Shown piece by piece: positions 8,861 through 21,093 of a stretch of DNA of 64,000 nt. This stretch comes from Tetramitus jugosus (taxonomy: Eukaryota; Protista; Heterolobosea), in the NCBI GenBank assembly GCA_937625935.1, contig OW569349.1, positions 62,001 through 126,000 of the forward strand. Reading direction: 5' to 3'. Position numbers and translations under genes: made by a program. Every line of letters starts with the position of its first letter. Within the stretch, counting starts at the first letter, position 1. The notes beneath the pieces are model-generated. The model saw only the letters and a program-made list of their open reading frames with translations. It was not told the origin of the DNA and searched no databases.

Positions 8861-11530
8861 TTAGTATCTTTGTCTCTTGTTTGGTGGATATCCACCTCTG
8901 TTGCTTGGTGGAGCAGATGCATCTGATCGATTTGGACTTACTGGACTCAACGATCGTCTTCTTCTATCACCAGTGTAGGGTCGTCTGCTTGAGCTGCTGG
9001 CTCTCACAGGTGGTGGTCCCGAATCATAAATATGAGTCTGAGGAGGATAGGAGTCGTAATGCGATCTTCTGTGTGGAGGACCAGAATTACGTCCAGAATA
9101 GCTTGCTGCGTAGCCTTGTCTGTCATCATCATAATAATGTCCTGCATGTGTTGGTGATGGATACGGATAGGATGAGGAGGATGGAGGAGGTCGTCTCGAA
9201 TCACCAGAAGGGTACCCACCACTGTGATAATGGGAAGGAGGAGAGGCTGGTGCGTGACTGGAGTGAGCAGGACCTGGCGGATTAAAGTCTTCGTAGGCTG
9301 CTCTGTCGTAGTAGTCTGCGCCAGAGATGACATGACGCCCAGAGGATGGATGATGATCGCCGGATCTCATTGGTCTTCGGGGTGGGTATCTCATGGGAGG
9401 TTCATTGTTATAACGACCAGATGGTGGATAGTCGTACGAAGGTCCACCTGCATAATATGGCCTTGGAGGACCGGAGTAGTGAGGAGGAGCATCGTAGTTG
9501 CGTGGAGGATAACGTCCAGGTGCTTGGTGATAGTTTCCTCTTGGATGTCTGTAACCTTGGTGATAGTGTGATCCAGAAGGAGGTCCATAATTGACACGGT
9601 ATCCCTGAGCAGCAGCGTGCACCTCAGCAGGCTTTGACAATTTTTGTGGTCGTTTGAGTTCAGCTGGAGGAATATACCACTCTACAACAATAGCATTTCT
9701 ATTCAACTCGTAGCCGTTGAATCGAGATCGTAACGCATCTGCATCTTCATGACTCACACAATCGACAATGACTGTTCGAGTGTCCGGGTTGCGTTCAGCG
9801 CTTTGGTGAATATCACTCTCAGAATCAATCGGATCGACTCGGATGGCCAACTGCTTTTCACCTGTTCCACTGTTGAACACGTTGAGCAGTGCTTCATCAG
9901 AAAGAGATAATTCTACACGTGATACCTTGAGTGTAGTGCTGCTCTCAAACGCTTGTTTATCAAAAATTCTGGGCTCTGCAAAGGATGCCTCCAACTGAAT
10001 ACTGTCATTAAACAAGTTGCGTTGTAATGTTTTGAGAGCATTGATTGCACTTTCATGTGAGGGGTATGTGAGCCAGCCGTATCCATCATGCAATCCTGAT
10101 CTTCCTCTTGATTCCTCTTCACGATGATGACGATCATCTTCATCGTCGTCATGGCCACGTATTCTGTCATCTGCCTTATAACCACTCAAATCAAAACGAA
10201 TCAACGGTATCTATCATCAAAGAATGGGTGTGAGCCACATGTATCAACAACTTTGACAGCTGAAATGAGAGAAATAATAAATGAGCTGTATCGACTCATA
10301 AATGTGCATACATTGGTCATTTCGTTGACAATCTTTACAATAAGATCATAGGACATATCTCTGGGGATATTAGCAATGTAAACTACATTCTTTGGATCGG
10401 CATAACTCACTTTAACAGTCGCACTAATCATCACATGAATTCATTATCAATAGTAATAACATCATAGTAATAGTAGTAGTAAAAGTGAAATGATAGTAGT
10501 GATGATGATGATTATTGAATATCAATCACAGTTATCACCAATGATGAAATACACACAAAATAAGACAATCAATATTATTAGTACAGCTGTCATTCATTTT
10601 CACATGGTGATGTTTGTAAAAAACACACAAAAAGTATTATCATTATGCAACAAATATCACTATTACTACTCTTACTACTACTATTGTTACAATTACTATC
10701 ATCATCACACAATTATTATTACACCATCACAATTCATGACTCAACAAGCAACTCTGAGAACCTCATGTTCATCACACACATATTATTACATTTCTTTCGT
10801 ATTCTTCTTATTGTTGATAGTAGTAATGCATTGCTGTTCCAATAATAATAATAATAATAATAGCAGTAATAATAATAATAATGATAGTCATCATTGGATT
10901 CAGCGACACAATGATGCTTGTTGATAATGATGACGCTGATTCACAAAACAAGATAAATCGTCATATGATGCATCATACACTTTGCCTGTCACTCTATCGG
11001 TATAGGTTGGTAATTCAGACTCTGGTAGACTCAATGCTCTATACACATCACTCATGCCATAAAATCGAACAAATCCAAATCCACGTGTATGACCAGTCAC
11101 CTTATTCTTCACTAGATTTACCTTGTAGACGGAGCAGTGAAGCTTTTGAGAGAAATCACGTCTCAAATCCTCTTCATTGGTACCTCTAGCGATATCAGAC
11201 TGAAGAAGAGACAAAACAATCGTATGTTAGCTTATTCATTGATGCATGAGAAAGACTTGTGTCCAAAACAAAGTGAATGCTACTACGTACGACATAGATT
11301 GAAAAATCTCTCGATGGTGATTGAGAGCTTTGATCTTTTGGTTGTTGTTGATCATCGTGGTACTGTTGTGGTCTTTGTTGATGACTGTTGTAATCGTGAT
11401 GACTTTGGTCAGCGTGCTGTTGTGGTTGTTGGTGATGGTGATAGTTGGGATTGGATCTGTGATGAGAGTCACCATCTTCTGAATCTGGTGAGTGTCCCAA
11501 ATGGTCCTGTTGGTGATGATGACGGTTCAT
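8861..11530 (-). CDS. Multi-RRM RNA-binding protein with Y/P/R/G-rich tail; 4 exons (introns 11200-11290, 10424-10978, 10211-10311)
   Basis: RNP1 RGFGFVRF, VYIANIP, GYGWLTY; GT-AG introns give in-frame joins SIYV|SDI, GKV|ATV, MTN|IPL. Confidence 0.8.
10440..10890. repeat. Low-complexity AAT/TAC/CAT microsatellite-rich tract inside the 555-nt intron of the RRM gene
   Basis: Runs such as (AAT)n at 10841-10882 and tactac/catcat tracts. Confidence 0.7.
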
Positions 11531-11647
11531 ATGTATGATGACTTTCTCTCTTGCTTCTGCTGATGATAAAAAACGTTCGTTTTTTTCTTTTGCTGATCGT
11601 CGGACAAAACTTTTTTTCCGATCATGTACGATTGAAAGCTCAAAGCT

Positions 11648-12628
11648 TTATTGAAGATCCTTTGCTTGTTGGTGATTTGGATTGAGCTGCAAAACAGTTT
11701 GAATGTCTCTGAGAGCTGCATCGTGATCCAACACCACATTCTTATAGTACAGACTTCGAACAAAGAACGCTTCATCCAACTCTGGACACCTCTCAACAAT
11801 GTCATTCAACAGACTAGACACTTCCAATCGATTCTCTTCGATATCCATGTTCTGTGTGTCCATGTACCACTGAGCCTTTTGCAAATTCGTAAAAACAAAC
11901 AGTGGTTCATTGGCATGTGACCCATCAATGCAGTACTTTAACAGTTCCACTTCTCCTTCGTGCTTGTGAATGCGGAAGAGCATGTGGAAAGCAATAGCCA
12001 ACACGCGGTAATCCGTAATACCTGTTCCACCCTTCTTCACACCACCGAGATTATCAATCAATTGAAGTGTCAATGCATCATTCTTTGCAGCACTCCATCG
12101 ATTCCTGTACATGTTCAAATAACAACGTCCAATATATCCAGTGTACACCTTGTCTGCACGGGAACAGTACTCTGAAAATTTTTGATTCAATTCATCCAAC
12201 ATTCCATCCTCGACATCATTATCATTAGCAAGTGTCAATCGATTCAATAATCGATGCATCTGCAAAAATGATTGATTCAATTCTTCGATATGACTCGTTC
12301 TTACAATGGTGTCAATCAGTGAATCAAACTGTGTCCTTACAGCAGAAGCAGCATCAGACATTTGATTGGTTGTCTTGTCGTTGTTATTGTTGAGCAATGA
12401 TGAGCAATTGTGATGATAAGATCTCATGATTGGATAACTAACAGTGTTAGGATGATGAATCAATTTCTCCGACAGGAGATTGCAACGAGAAAGCATCGTG
12501 AATGGTTGTTGTTTGTATGTGATGATTGATGATGACGAGGAGAGCATTCTTCTTTGGAATGTTGTTGATGTTGTGAGAACGTTTCTCATCATTTTCATAT
12601 TGGGCTGTACGTTCATTCTCATCATCAT
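11648..12628 (-). CDS. TPR-containing protein with probable mitochondrial presequence
   Basis: N-terminus rich in R/S/M and lacking acidic residues; C-terminal TPR (AFFVRSLYY...AALRDIQTVLQLNPNHQQA); start codon uncertain. Confidence 0.65.
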   Translation of the reverse strand: MMMRMNVQPNMKMMRNVLTTSTTFQRRMLSSSSSIITYKQQPFTMLSRCNLLSEKLIHHPNTVSYPIMRSYHHNCSSLLNNNNDKTTNQMSDAASAVRTQFDSLIDTIVRTSHIEELNQSFLQMHRLLNRLTLANDNDVEDGMLDELNQKFSEYCSRADKVYTGYIGRCYLNMYRNRWSAAKNDALTLQLIDNLGGVKKGGTGITDYRVLAIAFHMLFRIHKHEGEVELLKYCIDGSHANEPLFVFTNLQKAQWYMDTQNMDIEENRLEVSSLLNDIVERCPELDEAFFVRSLYYKNVVLDHDAALRDIQTVLQLNPNHQQAKDLQ

Positions 12629-12754
12629 GCTTTGTTTTTTGTTTGTTGGGAGTTGTTGTGTTTCACCTATGGAGGAGTAATTGACATCTTGTGTGATTTC
12701 ACTCTTCCAAACTACACAAAAACAACAACAACAACGACATAATAGTATCAAAGA

Positions 12755-14350
12755 ATGACAGTTGGTAAGCCAAGCCTCTCCAAAAACACTAGTCTGAGGC
12801 TCGCTCTGTCTGCTGTAGGATACCTCTCCTATAGCATTGTTTTCAATGTTTTGAACACCATTGTCTACAGTGCACTCTATCCAAAGATTCTAGAGCACAT
12901 TACACATGGTGACAAGAAGAGATATAGTACTGCATTCTCCAACATTAACTTTGCTACGACATTGTTCAGTGCAGTGACTTTGCCCTTTATTGGTTCATGG
13001 GTCGATTCGGCTCATGCCATGAAGCAGACCATGATTGTCACGCAGTATTTGGGTATGCTGTGCACTGCGTTATTGTTCTTTTTGGGAAAGTTGCCGAGTG
13101 ATACGTACAAGTGGCAGGAAGCTCAATTGTTCTTTAATGAAGCACTGTATGTGCTGTCCATGTTCTTTCTCAGGATCAGTGTCATGTCAAACAATGCAAT
13201 GTTACCACTATTCAGTAAGCAACATGTGACAGTGTTGTCTCTGGTGAATAGTTTGTTGGGATTTGTGGTGAATCTCGGTGGTTTACTCGTGTTGATGCTA
13301 GTGCCTGAGAGTGCATTGCCTGACACTGTTTGGGGCATATCGATGCCAAATTGGTGGTTGTTGATCTTTACGGTATTGACACTGTTGGTGTCTGGATTTA
13401 CATTTTTGGCTCCATCGACATCTCCTGCAGCAGCGACATCCGATCCTAGTGATGCTGAAAACAGTAGTGCAGCAGTGGAGGATGATGAGAGACCTGGAGA
13501 TCATGCTCTCCGCAGTGAATCACCAAAGAAGAAGTCATCTTTTGTGATCAGGCATATCGCCATTCTAGTTCAATCGTTTAGAAACGTGATGGAAACATTT
13601 AGGAATTGGAACAAGAAGAGATCCTATTACCAATCGTGGATGTTCCTGTTGTCCTACTTGTTCTATTCGACATCTGGTACAGTGTGTACACTGTTCTTAG
13701 GCCCATTATTTATTGATATTTATGAGTTGAGCTTTTCACAGGAAGTGGCACTCAATTTGTACTTTAAGGTTGCAATGATTGTTGGTATTATTGTGGGAAT
13801 TTTGTTTGATAAGATTCTGAAAGTCAATGATGTTATCATGCTCATGGTTCAGAATACTCTGTTTGGCATATTGATGATGCTGGCATTTGTCTCCATCTCT
13901 CTCAAAGCAACTTATGCCTGGGTGTTGTGCATTTTCCTTGCTGTCGGTCTGCTATACAGTTGGAATCTCAGTGTCTCCAGAGCTGTCATCTCCAAATTGT
14001 TGCCACCAGATAAGAAGTGCGAATTCATGGGATTGTACTCCACGTTCACTTACCTGGGAATATCGATCGTATCACTCGTGAATTCCTTGCTCCGATCTGC
14101 AGATTTACCAACACACATCTTGTTGCTCATTCTGTTCATCTGGCTCATTCCTGCATACCTGTTCCTGGCCATCTTGTATCAAACGATGCGTAAGACCAAT
14201 CAAATGAAGGACCAATCTGAGACGGTGTATCACGATGCTGCTGTGGTCAACCTGAGTGGTACTGTTGATACGTTTGCGACCCCAGACATGTACCAATCCT
14301 TCACGTACCACCAAGATGAAGACCATCACGATCATGACTACGACTCCTAA
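12755..14350 (+). CDS. MFS transporter, Atg22/UMF1-like
   Basis: About 12 TM helices; PFIGSWVD, NAMLP, SRAVISKLLPPDKKCEFMGLYS motifs. Confidence 0.8.
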   Translation: MTVGKPSLSKNTSLRLALSAVGYLSYSIVFNVLNTIVYSALYPKILEHITHGDKKRYSTAFSNINFATTLFSAVTLPFIGSWVDSAHAMKQTMIVTQYLGMLCTALLFFLGKLPSDTYKWQEAQLFFNEALYVLSMFFLRISVMSNNAMLPLFSKQHVTVLSLVNSLLGFVVNLGGLLVLMLVPESALPDTVWGISMPNWWLLIFTVLTLLVSGFTFLAPSTSPAAATSDPSDAENSSAAVEDDERPGDHALRSESPKKKSSFVIRHIAILVQSFRNVMETFRNWNKKRSYYQSWMFLLSYLFYSTSGTVCTLFLGPLFIDIYELSFSQEVALNLYFKVAMIVGIIVGILFDKILKVNDVIMLMVQNTLFGILMMLAFVSISLKATYAWVLCIFLAVGLLYSWNLSVSRAVISKLLPPDKKCEFMGLYSTFTYLGISIVSLVNSLLRSADLPTHILLLILFIWLIPAYLFLAILYQTMRKTNQMKDQSETVYHDAAVVNLSGTVDTFATPDMYQSFTYHQDEDHHDHDYDS

Positions 14351-14512
14351 GCTCGAACAGTCGCAACACACAGTTTTTCCTTTCCTGTAAACGGCAGCAT
14401 TTCAGAACACAAACGAATGCCATTTTGAACGAACCCAACCCCAACCCCAAAAAAATATCCACCACAACAGAACAAAAAACACAACAACATCAACAACACA
14501 ATCATTAATATC

Positions 14513-15943
14513 ATGTCATTTGCCAGCAGCAGCGGTCATCATGACACTGATGACGACGACCATCAAGAACTCATGGAACTCGATCTTCAACAACAAGAAC
14601 AACAACAACAACATGATGATCATCACCATCAAATGAACAATAACAACATAATGACTTCTTCTTCTTCTTCTTCCGATCATAAAATGAACAGAGTACTCTC
14701 ACTCACCACAACTGTAATCCTACCACTACTCATCATGTTCTTCCTCATTACTACTCTCATGTTCAGTCAACTGTTTAGCGTATCAGAATTGTTCTCTATA
14801 CAGTTTACTCGAGATCGTTTCACAACAGCAACAACAACAACAACAAACACGAATTATACACTGTCCATGAAGATTCATTCGAAAAATATTGTTCAACACA
14901 AAAAGTCAATCTTTTCACTGTTGAAGAAGCTAGGTAGTAGCAGTAGCAGTGATAGTGAATATGAATTTAATGATGTAACGATATTGTTTATTCATGGAGT
15001 TCCGTTGGATGCATCTCAGACGTGGTCTCCTCTCATTGATCAATTACAAAAATTACAACAACAAAAAAACTTACAAAAAAAGTCTTTGAGCAATGTCTAT
15101 AGTTTCATGTATCCTGTCATGAGAGGATTCTACGGGAATTCAATCTCACCTCAAAATCTCAACACACAATCACTCATGTACGATATGAGAAGCGAGTTGA
15201 GTGTCGATGTGAAACAAGTGATTGATTTCATTTTGGAGAGTAGTGGGAACAAGACACGCGTATTGTTGGTGGGTCATGATCTAGGTGGAATGGTGATTCA
15301 TGCGTTTGCATCACAGTATGGTCATTTGTACAGTGGTAGTAGTAGTAGCAGTAATAGTGTGATGGGTATTGTGACAGTCAATTCTCCATGGCACTTTGCA
15401 TGGAATGAGCTATTGTCAAGTGGACGAGACATGTTATATCCATATTTGAATGAAATTTTATTGTCAAACAGCGGTGATGATGATTCACGGTGGGACACGA
15501 ACCGAATTCAAAAAGTGTTTCAAGTACCATCATCATCTAGTAGTAGTAATTGGATGCCATCTCGATTCCTTCAATGGTACTATTCTCTGTTTAATGACGT
15601 CTCAAAAACAACACTAGAAAAAGTAGTGTTTTCGATTCGAGATGCTAATGATACAGTGTTCCGCACGAGAGGATCCCATTCGATTCCAGTGTTGGCCATT
15701 GACAGTGACTCTGACCCATTGTTGCCTCATCCGACTCACTATGCATCCATGACGGATATCATGAGAGAAGTGTGGTCATCTTCGTCATCGTCAGCTTCTT
15801 CTCAACAGAAGAATAAGGACAACTTTTACACAAAGACAATCAAGAATGATGCTTCGCATTATCTTCCAGTGACATCACCTGGGGAGGTTGCTGTGGCCAT
15901 TACAGAGTTTGTGAACATGATTGTTCAACAACAACAACGATGA
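14513..15943 (+). CDS. Membrane-anchored alpha/beta hydrolase (epoxide-hydrolase-like)
   Basis: N-terminal TM; LFIHGVP oxyanion motif; LVGHDLGG with Asp nucleophile; C-terminal ASHYL His. Confidence 0.8.
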   Translation: MSFASSSGHHDTDDDDHQELMELDLQQQEQQQQHDDHHHQMNNNNIMTSSSSSSDHKMNRVLSLTTTVILPLLIMFFLITTLMFSQLFSVSELFSIQFTRDRFTTATTTTTNTNYTLSMKIHSKNIVQHKKSIFSLLKKLGSSSSSDSEYEFNDVTILFIHGVPLDASQTWSPLIDQLQKLQQQKNLQKKSLSNVYSFMYPVMRGFYGNSISPQNLNTQSLMYDMRSELSVDVKQVIDFILESSGNKTRVLLVGHDLGGMVIHAFASQYGHLYSGSSSSSNSVMGIVTVNSPWHFAWNELLSSGRDMLYPYLNEILLSNSGDDDSRWDTNRIQKVFQVPSSSSSSNWMPSRFLQWYYSLFNDVSKTTLEKVVFSIRDANDTVFRTRGSHSIPVLAIDSDSDPLLPHPTHYASMTDIMREVWSSSSSSASSQQKNKDNFYTKTIKNDASHYLPVTSPGEVAVAITEFVNMIVQQQQR

Positions 15944-16023
15944 TAAATGATTCATTTGAAATGCAGTTCAAAATCGTATAATAAGCATCATTAAAAAGAG
16001 GCAGTCTGTGTGTAGCTAGCTGT

Positions 16024-16614
16024 TCATTGATTAGCATCGTCATCATTATTATTTGTTGTGATTGTTGTTGATGAAGATAATGACTGTTCAGTGATTGTAA
16101 TTGTTGGAGTGGGTTGATTCGGTATGAGATTGGATGTTGCTGTCGTAGTCGACGTCGTAGAATTGTGCTCTGAAGAAGTCAAAGCACAAGACAAAGAAGA
16201 AGACAGTAGCTCTTCTCCATCCAATTTCAATTGATCAAAATTCTCATGGATATAGTCAAACAAATTTTCAATCGGTTCATATTTCAATACATCTCGCAAT
16301 AAATCGTCTAGCATGTACTCTTGTGGAGACTTGGGACTCAAGTCTGATGGATCCATGCGAAATGTGTTCATTCGATGATTCACCACTGTTTTTTTCTTTT
16401 CGGATGGATCTGCAGAGGCAGTACTCGCATGATGAAGCATGGAGTTTTGGGGTGGGACTGTGAGTGTCTCTGGTGATTGTTTCCGTACCATTGTAGCTGC
16501 TAGGTATGTCTGAGTAATGTTGTCTTTTCTTTCTTCCTGCTGGAAGGGATTTTGGAAGGGATTTACTGCGAGTTTATTTTTGCTTGGTGAGTATTTTTGG
16601 AGTCCGGATGTCAT
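16024..16614 (-). CDS. Hypothetical protein with possible RIIa/Dpy-30-like dimerization-docking motif
   Basis: 196 aa ORF; LDDLLRDVLKYEPIENLFDYIHENF resembles the D/D helix-Pro-helix pattern. Confidence 0.5.
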   Translation of the reverse strand: MTSGLQKYSPSKNKLAVNPFQNPFQQEERKDNITQTYLAATMVRKQSPETLTVPPQNSMLHHASTASADPSEKKKTVVNHRMNTFRMDPSDLSPKSPQEYMLDDLLRDVLKYEPIENLFDYIHENFDQLKLDGEELLSSSLSCALTSSEHNSTTSTTTATSNLIPNQPTPTITITEQSLSSSTTITTNNNDDDANQ

Positions 16615-16638
16615 CGTTTGACAACCCAGTCTGTTACT

Positions 16639-17640
16639 TCAGAGATAGTCCACTTTGACAGCCAGTGCAAATGATACACTTGTACTGACAAAGTAGCTAA
16701 CAGCCAGAAAGAGACCCACTACAGCAGAGAACACCATGCTCTTCTTGTTTTCAAGTTCATTACAGAACAGGACCAAACCCGTGAAGATACCAACCAATAA
16801 TCCACCCACATGAGCTGGATAGTCCACTGTTGTCGTTGTGCTCGGATTCAGAGAGAAAACTAATCCCAGATTAAATACAAGTATAAAGATCAGATTACTC
16901 ACGTAAATGACTCTCTCCGATTCTGAAATCTTGTCCCATCGGCACATGACATCACTCAAACGTGCTCCGACAATGCCCATAATGGCTCCAGAGGCACCAA
17001 CAGATACGGACCAAGGTCTCAAGCAACAACTCATCAAATTGCCACCAATTCCACTCAACCAAAAGATGCATGCCATTCTCCAGAATCCCCATCGCTTCTC
17101 AAAATCGAGTCCGATTGTCCACTGCATCCACAAATTCATAAACAAGTGAATCACACCTGCGTGCATGAACACTGCCGAGAAGAGACGATAGACTTGATAC
17201 TTGTACTTGATGTCCGCAGCCACTTTTGCACCCAGTCTTCTCATGGTATCAACCGATGGACCAATCATTGGATTCTGACTCAATTTTACAAAACCTCTGC
17301 CTCGATAGCTCAACTCTACAATAAAGTAAATGACTTGTGCAATGGAAGCATACAGGATAAAGGTACGCAACAGCCTCAGATAATCTCTTTTTCGCACATG
17401 AGAGAACGGATTACCGACAAAGCATGGAAACGTACACAACAAGAGCATGTGATACCATTTGGGATCAGAGCTAATATTCCAGCTCCAAAACATGTCCTGT
17501 GGAGCTACACTTGTACTTGCAGTTGTGGTGGTTGTCGTAGTAGAAGGACGATAATGATGGTCGTCATTGTTGACATCATCACCAATATCTCCATCATTGA
17601 GGCGAGAGTAATCACCCAGAGTACGAATATTGTTGCTCAT
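16639..17640 (-). CDS. Rhomboid intramembrane serine protease
   Basis: YRLFSAVFMHAGVIHLFMN, SVGASGAIMG (catalytic Ser), AHVGG (catalytic His); ATG at 17640 (MSNNIRTLGDY). Confidence 0.93.
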   Translation of the reverse strand: MSNNIRTLGDYSRLNDGDIGDDVNNDDHHYRPSTTTTTTTASTSVAPQDMFWSWNISSDPKWYHMLLLCTFPCFVGNPFSHVRKRDYLRLLRTFILYASIAQVIYFIVELSYRGRGFVKLSQNPMIGPSVDTMRRLGAKVAADIKYKYQVYRLFSAVFMHAGVIHLFMNLWMQWTIGLDFEKRWGFWRMACIFWLSGIGGNLMSCCLRPWSVSVGASGAIMGIVGARLSDVMCRWDKISESERVIYVSNLIFILVFNLGLVFSLNPSTTTTVDYPAHVGGLLVGIFTGLVLFCNELENKKSMVFSAVVGLFLAVSYFVSTSVSFALAVKVDYL

Positions 17641-17782
17641 TGGATCATTCAGCTGGAAGGAATTGTGTTTTTTTGTTTGTGTGGAAGATGTTTTTTCTGT
17701 CTGAGCTAAAAAGCAGCTTGACAATTACTTCAATGGATCAAGAACATTGATGTTTCAAGCACAACCAACCTCGATTGATGTA

Positions 17783-19255
17783 TTATGATTGTTGTGCTGT
17801 TATTAATGTGTTATCAATAAGAGTTAATAGTTCGTGCTCGCTCTGTTTCAACCATTGGATGCATCGAACAGTTTCAGAGGTTGTTTGCTCAAGAGTGTCA
17901 AATGAATACCGCTTGATAGCTTCTACGAGAGCTTGATGCACCAGTTGTTTTGTTGCCTTTTCATTCTCCTTTGAAACAAACTTTAAGAGTTGAACTAGTT
18001 TGGTGTGATCTCTGTCCCTTTGTCTCTCAAGAGCATACGCAAGTTCTGTTGGACTCATGGCCAAAATACGAATAATGTACAGAATCATTTCATCGATAAA
18101 TGATTCGAGCTTGTAAGTCTCCTGGAATTGCTTCACCTGGTGTCGTGTGATCCGCAGCATCGTTTGCTCACCAAACAATTTCATGCCCTGAAGTAAGTCA
18201 ACCTTGGCCCTCGTGTAACGATCATTTGGTCGAGACAACTCCACATGCACCAAGGAACCCAAATCCAAGAACACAACATCGCTCTGATTCAGCTTCTCAT
18301 TGTTCATCACACAGAATCCATAATCCATCATCAATTGAAAATTAGGCACGGATTGACTGTATGATACGAGCAATTGTTCACCGGGCAAGATATCACGCAC
18401 TGCACGATATGTAAATTGATTGCTCTTGTCCGTAAAGGACATCACATTGGCTTCGATAGAAAAGTTAATCAAGTCTCCGAGTGGAACGAGACAGCTGCGT
18501 CTCCTTTGTTGGCTGTTGTTGCTCACAGAGTGAGTACGAGACCAGACAAGAGCCAACGCGTGATGAAAAGAATCGAGAGAGTATGGAATGGACGGAAAGT
18601 ATTGCTTCATCAGTGGTTCAATCTTGCCATGATAAAAGTTCGAAATGGCTTGACGCCTGCGCATTGAAAAATCATAAAGCATTGAACCCTGGAGCATTTT
18701 CATCTCGTGCTCATTGTACAGAAATGAAAGCTTTGGTGTCTCAGAGGGCAAACTGCGAATAAACGGTGCGAAATGAGAGCGTTCATTAACACTACTCGCT
18801 CTTCCTAGTGCACACATGAGGAATAGAGCTACAAAATTGGTAGGTTGCTCTTCATTCATCCGTGACAATGTCAGGAACAGTTCGCTCTCTCGTTTGACAG
18901 CCAACTCTGACACAAAATACTCGTTCAAAATTGCTTCGTCATCAACAATGACAAACATGGGATGTTTCGTTAGCTCTTGATGTTGTTGAGACAGCGAGAA
19001 TATGAGTTGACCAGATGGAATGAGATTTCGGGTGATCACACCTCGACCACTAATCTCATCTATCACCACTACGTCCAATGATGAACTATCAACGTGAATT
19101 GTTCCATTGTTGGCCGTGATCCAATCCTTCAAATCACTGTAGATGACTGTAGATGGAGACGATGGTGATGGGACGACATCGGAAGTAACCACCACACAAA
19201 ACAAGCTCACGATCCACAACAGTAAAATAACAATGGATTTCATGTTGTTGCTCAT
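17783..19255 (-). CDS. SET-domain protein of SETD3/SETD4/Rubisco-LSMT type with a signal-peptide-like N-terminus
   Basis: GRGV, FAPFIRSLP, VWSR, LVPLGDLINFS, GEQLLVSY, NFQLMMDYGF. Confidence 0.85.
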   Translation of the reverse strand: MSNNMKSIVILLLWIVSLFCVVVTSDVVPSPSSPSTVIYSDLKDWITANNGTIHVDSSSLDVVVIDEISGRGVITRNLIPSGQLIFSLSQQHQELTKHPMFVIVDDEAILNEYFVSELAVKRESELFLTLSRMNEEQPTNFVALFLMCALGRASSVNERSHFAPFIRSLPSETPKLSFLYNEHEMKMLQGSMLYDFSMRRRQAISNFYHGKIEPLMKQYFPSIPYSLDSFHHALALVWSRTHSVSNNSQQRRRSCLVPLGDLINFSIEANVMSFTDKSNQFTYRAVRDILPGEQLLVSYSQSVPNFQLMMDYGFCVMNNEKLNQSDVVFLDLGSLVHVELSRPNDRYTRAKVDLLQGMKLFGEQTMLRITRHQVKQFQETYKLESFIDEMILYIIRILAMSPTELAYALERQRDRDHTKLVQLLKFVSKENEKATKQLVHQALVEAIKRYSFDTLEQTTSETVRCIQWLKQSEHELLTLIDNTLITAQQS

Positions 19256-19662
19256 TGTCGTGATCCATACATTTCACCGACAACTTTTTCTTTTTGCCGA
19301 TGACAGAAAACACCGCAACCGAATCTGTGTTTGATTCGCCGGTCAGTGTTACCAGTACAATAAATATAGCAGCCTGATAGATTCATTTCAGCTCTCACAA
19401 TGACTCATGCTACCGTACGAAGAGAAATGAGCTCACTTCTGAATTTCCGAACAGGAGATGGGACGGCCTGCTTCTGTAAATGAGTTCCGGCTTGACTTTG
19501 GACAGCTCTCGTCCTTGATTTCTCGCGTTGCCTCTCGAGCCCAATAATTGCACTGGCTCCAAAACAAACGAGAATAATATCAAAACAGGACAGGAGTGAA
19601 TATTATACATAATCTTGAAACAAAGTAACAACACCCGACCGAAACTCAACACCATACATACT

Positions 19663-20985
19663 ATGATAAATTTCGATACCGAAGGAATTTTACTGAAATC
19701 TTTCAATTTTTTTGAACAAGAGATTAAGAAGCACACGACTCGCCTCGTTCCTTCCCATCGACAAAAACAAAAGGATGCCCTGCGGAAGAGACTAGAGAGA
19801 AACAAGATCAAAGATATGAGTGTAGATGTAACGCGAACGGGAAGATGCAAAGGCCAACAATCACCTGTCGACTCTCTATCGCCAGAAGCTTCTGATCGAA
19901 TGTCTTTGGACGGTTCGAGCACCGAAGAAAACTCACTTCGAACGACAACGACCAAGTACGATTCAGAAAAAGAAAATGCACCCCAGAGTAACGATTACAA
20001 GATTTTCACTAGTGCTGCTTTCTCTCCAAAGGTGCCATGCAAGAAGCGTGCTGAGCGATATCGGTTGGATTGTGGAGAAGATGCTTTCTTCGTCTGTCAC
20101 ACATTCCCCCAAAGAGGTGACAATGACGGTACAGAAAGTTTATCTCGCAAACTACCCTCTCGCGTCTGTAGCTTTGGTGTTGCAGATGGAGTAGGAGGTT
20201 ATGCTCTACGGTAAGTGTTTTTAACGATTGTTAATTGTATCTATTATTTTGAACAACCTACTCACTAATCATCTTTATTCCCGCTCTAATTAATCAATGT
20301 CGATATTAACAACAACAGAGGTATTGATCCTTCACTGATGGCTTGGGAAGTGATGCGCCTGTCGAAAAAGTATATTGAAAGAGATCATGAAACATCGTGC
20401 CAGGAAGCCATGGCCTTGGCCTATGATGAAATTATTAAGAATGAATTGGTCCCGTGTGGTGGCACTACCGCACTAGTTCTTTGCATTGACAAACAGTATT
20501 CAGAAGAAGAGAAATCTTCTGAACTTTACTTGACAGCGGCCAACTTGGGTGACAGTTCATTCATGGTCATACGAAAGGGAAAGATTATTCATAGATCATT
20601 CGAACAGACTCATTTCTTCAATTGTCCGTTCCAGTTAACTATGCCTCGGATAGAGACAAATCCTATGCAGGATGATCCTTCGAAAGCAATTGTGCTGGAT
20701 TCGTTCGAGCTACAGAGAGGTGATGTTATCATCTCGTCGACGGACGGATTGACAGACAATGTTTTTGATGAAGATATTGCAGAGATTGTGCATGATATCT
20801 CGAGAGATGCCACAGAGGAGGACTTCTCTGCTCAGATTGCTCGAGAAATCCTTCTGAAAGCGTACAAGAATTCGAGATCAAAGTCTACCGACACACCATT
20901 CTCAAAATATGCAGTAGAATACGGACATGTATATAATGGAGGGAAACGAGACGATATCACCTTAATCGTTGCTCTCATAGCTTGA
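19663..20985 (+). CDS. PP2C phosphatase, PTC7/PPTC7 family; intron 20211-20318
   Basis: GEDAFF, GVADGVGGY, GGTTA, ANLGDS, QTHFFNCPFQL, STDGLTDN, GGKRDDIT; spliced join LR|GIDP. Confidence 0.92.
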
Positions 20986-21093
20986 GAGTGAATGAAAATA
21001 CAAGCTTCACTGTTAAAGTTTCCCGCGCAAAATCAATCTACATTTTCCCTGTTTTTTGTACTCCAAGTTCGCAGACTTTCATCGCATCCGAGC

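Noticed and set aside
10490-10924. 144-aa + strand ORF in the RRM intron
   Set aside because: Product of AT-rich microsatellites inside an intron
10895-10970. Possible C/D boxes (ATGACGA...CTGA) in RRM intron 2
   Set aside because: Low-complexity ATG/CAT context, no terminal stem and no recognisable rRNA guide
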